Positions 1 through 13,000 of a stretch of 64,000 nucleotides of DNA are shown piece after piece (position 1 is the first letter of the stretch; each line of letters starts with the position of its first letter). The notes under the pieces are model-generated. The model searched no databases, was not told where the DNA came from, and was given only the letters and a program-made list of their open reading frames with translations. The position numbers and the translations under genes are program-made. Origin of the DNA: Octopus vulgaris (Eukaryota); contig OX597839.1 in NCBI GenBank assembly GCA_951406725.2, forward strand, positions 11,842,001 to 11,906,000, written 5' to 3'.

Positions 1-34
<34 letters not shown>

Positions 35-44
35 GCTGCTGCTG

Positions 45-106
<62 letters not shown>

Positions 107-268
107 GCTGCTACTACCACTGCTGCTGCAACTACTATCACTGCTGTTGCTGCTACTACGTCTACCAGAGCTGTTACTACTACTACCACCACTGCTGCTA
201 CTACTACTACAACCACTGCTGCTACGACTACTACTACTTTTACGACTGCTACTACTACTGCTGCTACG

Positions 269-317
<49 letters not shown>

Positions 318-345
318 TTACGACTGCTACTACTAACGTTACTAC
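1..345. repeat. (CTA/CTG)n trinucleotide microsatellite
   Basis: Direct reading; source of the poly-Leu ORF 147..485. Confidence 0.97.
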
Positions 346-875
346 TCTTACCACCCTTTCCATCTTCACCAACACCACCCCTTCTGCCTCACTACCGCCG
401 CCACCACCACCACGTGATTCCGTATATGTACAAAGGTATATGCGTATACACTATACATTTGGGATTCCAAGCAAACGTATTGTGATAGTCCACTGGTCGG
501 TTGGTTTTTAACATAAAGACAATCCCAAACAACATTACATCTGTTTAACGAAACCAAATGCATTAAGCCGTATGCTGTACTGTGTCATGCATAATTAGCT
601 CCGATCAGTTTTCTTCAAACTAGCAATATAACCGGAACGTAAGAGAATACAGATAAACTGGGCCGAGGAAGTTCAGGAGATACTTTACTGAGGGGAACCC
701 AAGGTATAGATGCGTAGTTAAGAATTATATCTTGAAGCTAGTGGTTTTGAGATCGATTTCACGGCCTGAAACATTTAGTGAGTAGGTGGGTGGGTTTGAT
801 CACAGTCTTGCTTAGAGTGATATTTGCTTGATAGAAATTGTGCAGAAACCTGTCGTGTGTGTGTGTGTGTGTATG

Positions 876-920
<45 letters not shown>

Positions 921-922
<2 letters not shown>

Positions 923-985
923 TTTTATTCTTTTAATTGTTTCAGTCATTTGACTGCGGCCATGCTGGGGCACCGCCTTTAATCG
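921..985 (-). mobile_element. 3' end of SINE-B
   Basis: tgtttcagtcatttgactgcggccatgctggggcaccgcc is the reverse complement of the SINE-B tail at 24030-24080. Confidence 0.85.
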
Positions 986-1011
986 CTAATTAACATTAAA
1001 GAGCCAATGAA

Positions 1012-1196
1012 GGTGACCAACTGGCAGAATGGTTAGCATGCCGGACATCCATTTTCCCGTTCGAATATAAATAAGGCTGAGGTCCACTTTTCCTTTCGGG
1101 GTCAATAGATTAAGTACCAGTTGAGAACTGGAGTCGATTAATCGACTTAACTCCTCCCCCCAAATTGCTGGCCTTGTGCCAAAACTTCAAACCAAT
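1012..1196 (+). mobile_element. SINE-A variant (A2 tail, ggccttgtgcc...)
   Basis: ctggcagaatggttagcatgccgg head; ctttcggggtcaatagattaagtaccag body; matches other copies in the window. Confidence 0.8.
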
Positions 1197-1394
1197 ATTC
1201 AAGGGCCAGTATACTGCTTTTTGCCCAGGGGTGTATAGTACTGCTCAGATGGCTCTGGGTGAACACGTGATAGAAAACTGAGTAGAATCCTATTGAAAGA
1301 CAATGGTACTCCATGCGGTATAACAAATGAAATGCCTTAGATTGTAGTTGTGTCTGCTTCGATCAGGGATGGCTGACCTTAAGGCTGTACAAAA

Positions 1395-1674
1395 ACTACT
1401 ACTACTACTACTGTTTCTACTACTGCTGCTACTACTACTGTAACAACAGCTACTACCACTGCTACTACTACTACTACTACTGCTACTTCTACTACTGCCA
1501 CTGCTACTACTACTACTGCTGCTATTACCATTACCACAGCGGCTGTTGCTACTACTACAACTACTACCATTGCTACTTCTACTACTACTACTGCTACTAC
1601 CACTGCTGCTACTACTACTACTGCTACTGCTGCTGCTATTACCACTACCACAGCTGCTGCTGCTACCACCACTG

Positions 1675-1728
<54 letters not shown>
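1395..1728. repeat. (CTA)n-rich microsatellite
   Basis: Direct reading. Confidence 0.95.
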
Positions 1729-2099
1729 ACGTTATTGTTGTAATCTCTACAGAAATCACTGTTTTTAAGTTTAAATATAAAACAAACAAGCGACTCGACT
1801 TAAGAAGTTCTGTTAAACGTGACTAACGGAACAATGGAGACAGCGGGAAATGAAAGAGCTACGGAAATGGTATTATATTAAAACAACGAATTGATAAAAC
1901 GAGTTAGAAATGGTCCGGCTTTTTACATCTGCAACTATTTGATTTGGGAAATCTTTTGGTAAATATTTGAAATGAGAAACACAGATGTTGAGCTCTATCT
2001 TGAACTGAATTCCATTTTCACCGAAATTCATAGCAGAGAAAATATAAATAACGAAGAAGAAAAAAAGAAGACAAGAATACATATATAAAAATAAACAAT

Positions 2100-2163
2100 G
2101 ACGAATGTGTGTGTGTATTCGTACGTATGTACGTGTATATGTGCATGTACACATGCCTATATA

Positions 2164-2220
<57 letters not shown>

Positions 2221-2319
2221 ATATATATGTGTTTGTATGTGTATATATATATGTGTGTGTGTGTATGTATATATATGTGTGTGTGTATGTATATATATAT
2301 ATATAAATGTGTGTGTGTG

Positions 2320-2360
<41 letters not shown>

Positions 2361-2671
2361 ATGTATATATATATGTGTGTGTGTGTGTATGTATATATAT
2401 ATATATATTTACATACAGAGAGAGAGGGGGAGAGAGAGACGCAGATACACATTTGTAGGTATGTATATATACACATAGGCCTGCATATAGATGCATACAG
2501 ATATATAATATACGCATATGTACGCATGTGTATATTATATACACACATACACATACAGACACACATATATATATATATATATAAACTCATACATACATAA
2601 ACGCATATGTAAAGATATATGTATATGTGAGTATATATATATGTATATGCGTGTGTGGATACGTGTATGTA

Positions 2672-2709
<38 letters not shown>

Positions 2710-2845
2710 AGCACAGGCACATACACACATACATACACATACGTCGAAATGTATGTATGTGTAACAGTGTGTGTAGGTATATAAATATATATGTATGCGT
2801 GTATGTATATATGTATGTCGGTATGTATGTATACATCTATGTATA
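2100..2845. repeat. Compound (TA)/(TG)/(TACA) microsatellite
   Basis: Direct reading. Confidence 0.95.
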
Positions 2846-3198
2846 TAAGAAGACTCAGAGTAAAGAACAAAGCAAAAAGAAAAATATAAGAAAAATACCA
2901 TAAAAGCAACAACAACAAAAAAAACAATAAAAACCAAATCACAGAACAAGCAATGTACAAACAGTAATATTAAACCGTTAATGGGTTTAGCGAATGGTTT
3001 GCAAGAATCGTTAATGTAAACAGGAAATTATTTTCGAAGACAGAATGGTTCTTGTAAGATGGCAGGAATAACGATTTAGTTGGCTTTACTGTTAAAATTT
3101 TTTCTGTCAATACGATTTCAGAGTGAGATAGAAAAGAAGAGAGAGAGCGAGGAAAGGAGAGATAGAAAAAGATAGATGGAGAGAGAGGGGGAGGAGAA

Positions 3199-3229
<31 letters not shown>

Positions 3230-3859
3230 CTTAACTCTCATATATAAACACATTGGAACGTATATATACGAACATACATACCGAAATACAAAATACAAAA
3301 GCTTAGACGTATGTTAAGTAAACAACTTCTTGTATTATTATCATTATTATCATCATCATTATTATTATTATTATTTCTATTATTGTTATTTCTATTATTA
3401 TGCTATTAATACTAATACTATTATATTTGTCGTTGTTATTATTATTAGTAGTAGTAGTATTAATGTCGTTGTTGTTGTTGCGTGTGTGTATGTGTGTCTT
3501 GGTTTTTGCTTTGCTTTCTGGGCGAAGAGTAATAGATTGTGACAATGGCGGCTTTTCTTTCCCCCACTACTCTTTCTTCTTTATTTTTCTTTCCTTTTTT
3601 TTTTTCGTCAGTTTGTATTTGTGTAAGCGGAAATAGTAGCATATAAAATGGCGGATATGGTTTACTTTGTTCTCAGTTTGTTTAGTAGAATTTATGAAGG
3701 CAATGAATAAAGAAATAGATTTATACAACTGTCTACTTTCAAATGAAAACCAGTGCGCCGCATTACAGTCGTTATCCGGGGTTGTTATATTTGTCTGTTT
3801 GTGTGTATTTATGTTTGATTTTTGTGATTCTGTGAATTTGTGAATTTCTCTATTTGCAT

Positions 3860-4549
3860 GGTGGTATTTCATTGTTATCGTCGTCGTTGTTGTTGCTGCT
3901 GCTGTTGCGGTGTTGGTGGTGGTGGTTGCTGTTGTAGTGGTTGGTTTGGTAGCTGTGATAGTGGTGATGGTGGTGGTGGTGTGTGTGGTAGTTATGGTAG
4001 TAATGATGGCGGGTGTCGGTGTTGGAATTACAAACGTTAACGATGGTCATGATGGTGATGGTTATAGTAGTAGTAGTAGTAGTACTAGTAGTAGTAGTAG
4101 TAGTAGTAGTAGGGGTGATGATGATTATGATTGTGGTGGTGGTGGTAATGATAGCTGTAGAGGTAATGGTGTTGATGGTAGTGGTAGTTGTGGTGGTGTT
4201 GATGGTAGGGGAGATGGTAGTTGTAGATGCGATGATGATGTTGGTGATGGTAGTGGCATTGATGGTAATGATGATGATGGGTGCTGGTGATAATAGTGAT
4301 GATGAGGATAGTAGTAGTAGTGGTGGTAGTAGTAGTAGTAGAGGTGATGATGATTATGATTGTGGTGGTGGTAATGATAGTTGTAGAGGTGATGGTGTTG
4401 ATGATAGTGGTAGTTGTGGTGGTGTTGATGGTAGGGGTGGTGGTAGTTGTAGATGCGATGATGTTGATGGTGGTGGTCGAAGTAGATGCGGTGGTATTGA
4501 TTGTAATGATGATGGGGAGGGGTGCTGGTGGTAATAGTGATGATGAGGA

Positions 4550-4605
<56 letters not shown>

Positions 4606-4765
4606 ATGCTTTTGATGATCATGATGATTATGGTGGAGATAATGGCGGATAAAGGAGGATACCGACGGTGACTATGAAAATGAAGACATGAATAAAAACG
4701 GTGCTGCTAGTGATGATGATGATGATGAAAAGGAGGATGGTGGTTGTGGTGGTGGCAGTAGTAAT
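3860..4765. repeat. GGT/GAT/AGT low-complexity tract with an internal ~230-bp tandem duplication
   Basis: Block gatgattatgattgtggtggtggt...gtgctggtg(a/g)taatagtgatgatgaggat occurs twice (~4110-4340 and ~4341-4600). Confidence 0.9.
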
Positions 4766-4970
4766 GTTGAAGATTACAGTGAAGGATACACCCTTACACA
4801 GGCACTATTTAGATATATATACACACACACACACACATATATATATACAAAAACAAAAATTCAACCCTGTATTACACGTCATATCTATCAATCTATATAC
4901 TTATCTATCGACCCACACACCCATCCATGTATCTATCTATCTAACTACCTAGCTATGTCTGTCTGTCAGT

Positions 4971-5006
<36 letters not shown>

Positions 5007-5029
5007 ATATATATATATATATGTATTTG

Positions 5030-5076
<47 letters not shown>

Positions 5077-5136
5077 GTCTATCTATCTATCTGTCTATCT
5101 ATCTAATTGTCTATCTATCTATCTATCTATCTATCT

Positions 5137-5300
5137 TTCCCTTCTCGGGATCTTTCCTTCTCCTATGTTTCCGACGAAGAGCTCCGCTCGAAACGTTGAA
5201 CCCTCCTTCTTCCCTTCTTTCCTGAGCGTCCAATAATACTATATTTGTTCCACGTCCTCGCGTTGCTGTGTTTTTTTGTGTTTTCTTGTTTGGATTAACT
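5137..5300 (+). mobile_element. Short hammerhead-bearing Penelope-pLTR-like element (family H-I)
   Basis: gttt-CCGACGA-A-GAGC-tcc-GCTC-GAAA-CGTT-gaac at 5167-5201; near-identical copy at 55040-55240; 3' end runs into (TA)n. Confidence 0.65.
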
Positions 5301-5423
5301 ATATATATATATATTTGTCTATGTATCTATCCATCTATTTGTCTATATCTAACTAACTACCTAGCAATGTCTGTCCGTCTGTCTGCCAATCCATCTATCC
5401 ATCAATCTATCTGTCTGTCAGTT

Positions 5424-5454
<31 letters not shown>

Positions 5455-5467
5455 CTGTCTGTCAGTT

Positions 5468-5510
<43 letters not shown>

Positions 5511-6575
5511 GAATATGATTATGTATGTATCTGATCTTTCTCTCTTTATATTGGTGTGTGTACATATTTACATATGTACTTAAACACACATGCACGGGCG
5601 CACAAGTGTATGTTACTAAATGCATATTTTGTTATACACACATATGTACACACACACAAGTCTAGGTGTATGCGTATATACATACACCAGTCTCTATGTA
5701 TTCAAATATATATATACATACATACATGCATGCATACATACATACACACACACATTCATACATATATGCATACATACATACATATATAGATACATACATA
5801 CATACATACATACATACATACATACATACATACATACATACATACATACATAGATGTGTGTGTGATGTGTGTGTGTGTATTAAGGGTGGAGGAAGAAGCG
5901 AAGAAAGAGAAGAATAGAGATGTTGGGGTCGGTGAGACGGAACACAGTCGAACATTTTGAAATTGCTATAAATAACAAATTGAAAAAAATTTCTCTCTCC
6001 TTTCTTTCTTTGCTCAAGTGGAATAGAAAACTTCCAAAAACTCATGTTTACATACTTTCACAGCCTCTACAAACCCTTCGCACATATTACATGCACTCTC
6101 CCCAATTCAACTTTCGTCCAGTCAATTCGACGTGTCCTTTCGACATCGGCTTCGTCTTCTTAAAAGTTCGTGATCTATTCAAATGTTTCTTTGAAAAACC
6201 AGCAGCGCCACCTACCGGCTGGCAATCAAGAAGCCTTAGTACAAACGTTGTAAGACTTCGTAAATTAGCTGAGGTGATTTTATTTGTTTATTTCTGTTTT
6301 ATTTCATTTACTTGTTATGTTTATTTATTCTTTCGAGTTTGATTTGGTTCGCAGTCAAAAGGTTTCACCTGGAAACCGTTTTCGTTTCGTTTATGCGTTC
6401 TCTGTGTGTGTGTGTGTATGTGTGTGTGTGTGTCAGAGAGAAAGCGAATACATACACATAAATGTTCTATGAATATGTATAATTTATAAATAATTAAACA
6501 TGGCTATGTGTGTGTGTATGAGACTGCGTGGACGTACGTGCAGGCGTGTGTGTGAGTATGTGTATGTATGTGTGT

Positions 6576-6619
<44 letters not shown>

Positions 6620-6629
6620 GTATATATAT

Positions 6630-7060
6630 GGACGAGTGACTGTCGTAAGAAGCTTACTTCCAAACCATATGGTTCTGGGTTCAGTCCCACTGCGTAGCAC
6701 CTTGGGCAAGTGTCTTCTATAGCCTCAGGCCGACCAAAGCCTTGTGAGTGGATTTGGTATATGGAAATTGAAAAGAAGCACGTTGAAGATGTGTGTGTGT
6801 GTGTACGAGTGTATGTACGTGTGTGTGTGTGTGTGTGTGTACGCGTGTGTCTGTGTCCGTATGTGTCCCTCATCAACGCTTGACAACCGGTGCTAGTCTG
6901 TTTACGTTCCCGTAATCTAGCGGTTGGCCAAAAGATATCGATAGAATAAGTACAGGCTTTAAAAAATAAAATAGTACTGGGGTCGATTTATTCGACATAA
7001 ATTTCTTAAAGACGGTACCCCAGCATGGCCGCAATCTAAAGACTGAAACAAGTAAAACGA
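6630..7060 (+). mobile_element. SINE-B (tRNA-derived, CORE-like), near full length
   Basis: B-box-like gggttcagtccc; CORE-like caccttgggcaagtgtctt; internal (TG)n; tail cagcatggccgcaatctaaagactgaaacaag; more than 10 copies in window. Confidence 0.9.
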
Positions 7061-7175
7061 AAAAAAATGAATCTTGCTTCCGAACTACATGATTCCGGGT
7101 TCAGTCCCACTGTGTGGCACTTTGGGCAAGTCTCATGCTTTGCGAGTGGATGTGGCAGATGCCTGTCGTTCTGAG

Positions 7176-7698
7176 TTCTAATCTTTCCAAGTTGTTGAAG
7201 ATGATGATGAATAGTTGTATGGTTTGAACTAAGCTTTATTGCCAATTCTTCAACTAACAATGCAGGATTTTCTTCAAGTAATGTCTCAAGGAGCTCATCA
7301 GCAAACTCAGCTGGACGTCCTGTTCGATCTTCACCGTCAAGGCTGAAATCTCCACTTCTGAATTTTGCAAATCATCTTTTGCAAGTTCTTTCATTCAAGC
7401 ATTCTTTCCCATGAACTGAGTGTATGTTTCGGGTCGCTTCGGCTGCAGAGTTTCCCTTTTTGTACTCATAAAGCATTATGTGATTCAAATGCTCTTTGGA
7501 TACTTCCATGTTAGAAAGGGATTTAATAAAAAAATTTTTAATTCTATTATTCTGTAAAATAATATTTAATTAGATTAAATGTACACAAATGCATAAAAAT
7601 AATTTTTAATTCCATTAGACATTCTAAAATACCACTAAATTTCAATTTCAATTTTAAAAAAAGGTAAAATCGGACAGAACTTATGGGATGATCTGATA
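7176..7698 (-). pseudogene. Mariner transposon 5' fragment (TIR plus N-terminal HTH region)
   Basis: From ATG at 7509: MEVSKEHLNHIMLYEYKKG/NSAAEATRNIHSVHG...R*FAKFRSGDFSLDGEDRTGRP...EELAIKLSSNHTTIHHHLQQLGKI, with a frameshift and a stop; TIR-like tatcagatcatcccataagttctgtcc at the end. Confidence 0.9.
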
Positions 7699-8084
7699 TT
7701 TAAAGGTTAGCCATTCAGTGCAGTGGTTGCTATATTGAACGTATCCTGCAGGGTTTACTAGTCTGAAGAGCTTGCCAAATTAAGCTTTGCATCTTGAGAC
7801 TGTAGCCAGTATTTAAAGATGTTTTTTTTTAAACTTCATGCTTCATAGCAATATGTACTCGATTAGTTTCTGACACTATTTAAGCAATTAACACTATGTA
7901 TTCATGTTTATAAGGCTGTGTTGTCAGCGTGAGAAATAAAATCAAAACTTAATATCCACGTCTGTGTGTACGTGTTTAAATTTGTATTGAAATAGTTTAG
8001 CCAGACCGCTGCATTCAAAGTACAACTCTCATAGGGCGTGTGTGTGTGTGTGTGTGTGAACTGGATGTATAATTTGGTGTAGGA

Positions 8085-8315
8085 GGAGGCGAGCTGGCAG
8101 AAACGTTAGCACGCCGGGCGAAATGCGTAGCCGTATTTTGTCTGCCGTGACGTTCTGAGTTCAAATTCCGCCGAGGCCGACTTTGCCTTTCAGCCTTTCG
8201 GGGTCGATAAATTAAGTACCAGTTACGCACTGGGGTCGATGTAATCGACTTAAAACCTATGTCTGTCCTTGTTTGTCCCCTCTATGTTTAGCCCCTTGTG
8301 GGTAATAAAGAAATA
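8085..8315 (+). mobile_element. SINE-A (tRNA-derived), full length
   Basis: A-box-like tggcagaaacgtt; B-box gagttcaaattcc; body gcctttcagcctttcggggtcgataaattaagtaccag; tail gccccttgtgggtaataaagaaata. Confidence 0.92.
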
Positions 8316-9118
8316 GGTATGAAATAGCCGTTGCTAGTTCCATACGCCGGTTATGTTTTGAACTCGTCCAGTGTGTTTATATCCCGTTGCATTAAACAAA
8401 CTTATTTTAAAGCCAGTTCTAGTCGTAGGGGTTGGGGACATATTTGGAGCTGTTACACCGTCTGTCGTTTACACTTATGGATACATACACATATATATAT
8501 GCACACTAAATATCAAAATTTACACACACTCTCTCTGTGTCTCCCTTTATCATTATCTCTCTCTCTCTCTCTCTCTCTCTCACTCACTCTACTATCCTTA
8601 GACACGCATATCGTTTGTCGTTGGCGGACTAAAATACATACATTCACTCATATACGAACAATTCATACTCAGGCCTAAACCCCTCCACATACGCGCGTGC
8701 ACACACATTCACACACACACACAGCCACTAACCATTGTGCAAACATATACCAGACGGAATCGATGGGTATTGATAGCGGACGTACATACACAGCGAAATC
8801 GTAGAAAAATTGCCGATAACACCAACACCACCACCACCACTACAATTATCACCAACAACAACAACTACAACTACAACGATAATATTAATGAATAAGAACT
8901 TAAAATAATCAGAAGTATTCACCGAACTACAAACTAAAACAAGAGGTAATCATGTTATTTTGACACGATGCCCTCAGCCATGTTGCAAACATTTGTACCG
9001 CGAAATAATGAAACATCATTGTTTTGTGTTGGCAAACCTTTCGAAGTCAATTTAGTGTTGGTTCGTCGCTCTACGCACGATGGATGAGTAACTATAATAA
9101 ATATTAATAACAACGATG

Positions 9119-9162
<44 letters not shown>

Positions 9163-9687
9163 CGTACTTTATAATAAAATAGTTAAATAGACAAGAACAA
9201 AAATCGATGAAGCAGACGACCATCAGTGCGGCGCTGATTTTAGCGCCCTCTGGCAACAAGCCTTTATAAACTATCATATAACGTTTGGTAGCCATCAGTC
9301 AACTTTAACAACTGTACAGTTGGTGGTGATGGTGGTGGTGATGATTGTGGTGGTGGTGGTGATGATAGTTGTGGTGGTGTTTGCTGCGGTGGCGAGTGTG
9401 GTGGTTGTGGCGGCTGTGATGGTGGCTGTTGTTGTTGTTTTGATGGTGGTGGTGGTGGTTCAGGCGGTAGTTATGATGGTGATGGCTGTGTCGGTGGTTA
9501 TAGTGATTGTTATGAGGATGGTGGTGGTGATGGTATGGGTGGTTGCGTTGATGGCGGTTGTCGTTTTCTGTGAAGGTGAGGAGATAGTAGTGATGGTGGT
9601 ATAGGTTAAGGTGATGATTTGTGGTGGTGGTGGTGATAGTAGTTATGCTGGTGGGTATGATGGTTGTGTTTCTGGTGGTGGCAGTAG

Positions 9688-10092
9688 GGATCTTTTCGGT
9701 TTGACCGGCAGTTTTTAAAATAATTTCCATGCAACTAAACATTTTTAAACTTCGTATACTGGTAGAATGTGTTTATAAAACATCTTTTTTCTCTTGGCTT
9801 TATTGAGAAAATTCTATAGTTTGTAAGATATTTGTTGTTGTTTTTCTTCAATTTCTGCAATTTCAACCAATCACTGACGTCTATTGAGGTAAAAAACATT
9901 CTGTGCCGTATGAATATGTCCCTCGTTTAAGAAACAGTTTGGGTTTATTTAGATTTGTGAAGAAAAAAGGGTACCCTCCCCCCAACCCTAAAACAGATTG
10001 AAACGCAATAGATCGATCCTAGGGTCATAATTATGGGTGACAATTTCATATGACACCGCTAGAAAAAACTGCCGTTCAAACCGAAAAGATCC
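9688..10092 (+). mobile_element. Merlin-like MITE, copy 1
   Basis: ~28-bp TIRs ggatcttttcggtttga(a/c)cggcagtttt; exact 8-bp TSD ggcagtag (9680-9687 and 10093-10100). Confidence 0.88.
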
Positions 10093-10227
10093 GGCAGTAG
10101 TAATTGTGGTTATGGTAGTGGTGGTAGGTCTGGTAGCCTTGATTGTGGGTGCGATGGTTGTAGGGGTTGGTGTGAAGATAGTTATTGTGGTGAGTCAAAA
10201 GTTTTGCAATAGTTTGGTAAATCATTT

Positions 10228-10670
10228 CGTTTTACTCTTTTACTTTTCCCTGTGGCTATGCTGGAGCACACCGCCTTAAAGGATTTTAGTCGAGGAAATC
10301 AACCCCAGGACACGTTCTATCGGTCGCTTTTGCCGAACCACTAGGTTACGGGGACGTGAACACACCAACAACGGTTGTCAAGCCGCGAGCTGGCAGAAAC
10401 GTTAGCACGCCGAACGAAATGCTTAGCGGTATTTCGTCTGCCGTTACGTTCTGTGTTCAAATTCCGCCGAGGTCGACTTTGCCTTTCATCCTTTCGGGGT
10501 CGATAAATTATGTACCAGTTACGCACTGGGGTCGATGTAATCAACTTAATCCGTTTGTCTGTCCTTGTTTGTCCTCTCTGTGTGTTAGTCCCTTGTGGGT
10601 AGTAAAGGAATAGGTTGTCAAGCAATAGTGGGGGAACAAACACGGACACACACACACACACACACACACT
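10228..10670 (-). mobile_element. SINE-B 3' half, interrupted by a SINE-A insertion
   Basis: Reverse-complement SINE-B sequence lies on both sides of the insertion. Confidence 0.85.
10384..10612 (+). mobile_element. SINE-A nested in SINE-B
   Basis: Full SINE-A body; 11-bp TSD ggttgtcaagc at 10373-10383 and 10613-10623. Confidence 0.93.
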
Positions 10671-10673
10671 ATA

Positions 10674-10791
10674 GGAAAATTCAAAACCAAGGCAGAACGA
10701 ATACCTCAAGTCATTTAGAATAATTTACTTACCCTAATTAAATTATTCTAAATGGCTTGAGATACTCGTTCTGCCTTGGTTTGGGTTTTCC
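10674..10791. repeat. Inverted repeat, ~54-bp arms with ~11-nt loop
   Basis: aaaccaaggcagaacgaatacctcaagtcatttagaataattta pairs with taaattattctaaatggcttgagatactcgttctgccttggttt. Confidence 0.92.
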
Positions 10792-11350
10792 CTCTAATAT
10801 AATATCTACCTGCTATAAACGGAACCCTTACACACGGATCCATTCAGCCTTAGCTGTGATCTAGGAACCGAAGGGTCGGCCAACTATAGTACTTATCCAG
10901 CGTACCTATTCATTTAGATCACAAGTTCACTAAAACTCTCATATTTTCTCTATTAACCACCAAGCGTTGGTAAAAACATCGAAGACGGTAGAGAATAAAC
11001 ACAGCATTGCGCCAAGGGGGCAGGTTTCAGCCAGCAGTTGAGAGTTAGTGGCGAGGTCAACGGGTGCATAATGAAGACAGCTAAAAGATATTTTGTGAAT
11101 AATGTCCGCCATTATGACTGGCTTGTTATATAATGACAATGATAAGAAAGAATGATTGTGAGAAGGACAAATGGCAAATGGAAACAGAAAAACCTAGACG
11201 TTTGAGCCGTCAATCATCAATAAAATAAGGCTATATGTGTGTGTGTGTAAGCACACGTGCGTATATGTGTGTGTGTGTGTGCACATGAACGTATATATGT
11301 GTGTGTTTACGATTATATATATGTGTGCATTCATACATATATATAAATGC

Positions 11351-11385
<35 letters not shown>

Positions 11386-11573
11386 TGTGTGTGTGTGTGT
11401 GTAAATGTGTGTGAAGGCAAACACACCTCACGTGCGCGTACAAATAGACACACACACACACACTCGAAAGTAAGAACATAACTGAATTATTACAAGTGTC
11501 TGATGAATAGTAACGGGACATTCTGATTAATAGTTTGTGAAGGTTTTATCGGTGTCGATAAAATAGTATACAT

Positions 11574-11889
11574 AGGCGCAGGACATGGTTCCGGGTTCAG
11601 TTCCACTGCGTGGCACCTTGGGCAAGTGTCTTCTACTATAGCCTCGGACCGACCAAAGCCTTGTGAGTGGATTTGGTAGACGGAAACTGAAAGAAGCCCT
11701 TTGTATATATCTATATATATATGTGTGTGTGCATATGTTTGTGTGTCTGTGTTTGTCCCCCCACCAACATTGCTTGACAACCGATGGTGGTGTGTTTACG
11801 TCCCTGTAACTTAGCGGTTCGGCAAAAGAGTCCGATGGAATATGTACTAGGCTTACAAAGAATAAGTCCAGGGGTGGATTTGCTCGACT
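11574..11889 (+). mobile_element. SINE-B, 3'-truncated
   Basis: Matches 23640-24030. Confidence 0.9.
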
Positions 11890-13000
11890 ATGTACATACA
11901 TACGTACATATATGCATACATATGCACTTACGTACATACATATACATACATCTGCATTTACGTACATACATATATGTATACATACATATGCATTTACGTA
12001 CATACATATATACATACATATGCACTTACGTACATATATATATATATATATATACATACATATGCACTTACGTACATATATATACATACATATGCACTTA
12101 CGTACATACATATATATATATATATATACATATGCACTTACGTACATACATATATATACATACATATGCACTTACGTACATACATATATATACATACATA
12201 TGCACTTATATACATACATATGCACTTACGTACTTACATATATATACATATGCACTTACGTACTTACATATATATACATATGCACTTACGTACATACATA
12301 TATATATATATACATACATATGCACTTACGTACATACATATACATACATATGCACTTACGTACATACATGTATATACATGCATATGCACTTACGTACATA
12401 CATATACATACATATGCACTTACGTACATACATATACATACATACATATGCACTTACGTACATACATATACATACATATGCACTTACGTACATACATATA
12501 TATACATGCATATGCACTTACGTACATACATATACATACATATGCACTTACGTACATACATATACATACATATGCACTTACGTACATACATGTATATACA
12601 TGCATATGCACTTACGTACATACATATACATACATATGCACTTACGTACATACATATACATACATATGCACTTACGTACATATATATATACATACATATG
12701 CACTTACGTACATACATATACATACATACATATGCACTTACGTACATACATATATATACATACATATGCACTTACGTACATATATATATATACATGCATA
12801 TGCACTTACGTACATACATATATATACATACATATGCACTTACGTACATACATATATACATACATATGCACTTACGTACATATATATACATACATACATA
12901 TACACTTACGTACATACATATATATACATATGCACTTACGTACGTACATATATACATACATATGCACTTACGTACATACATATACACTTACGTACATATA
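11890..13000. repeat. Minisatellite with constant core CATATGCACTTACGTACATA and variable (TA)/(CATA) linkers, roughly 30-35 units
   Basis: Direct reading; source of the HMHLRTY/TYALTY repeat ORFs. Confidence 0.95.

Noticed and set aside
3840-4652. Gly/Asp/Ser/Cys-rich or His-rich structural protein ORFs
   Set aside because: Trinucleotide low complexity open in several frames; no splice or start context seen
7760-7790. CTGAAGA followed by a GCTT/AAGC stem as a hammerhead
   Set aside because: No GAAA after stem II; the similar motif at ~49792 also lacks a complete core
11890-13000. CRISPR-like repeat-spacer appearance
   Set aside because: The spacers are just variable TA/CATA runs rather than unique sequences; no cas genes; eukaryotic context
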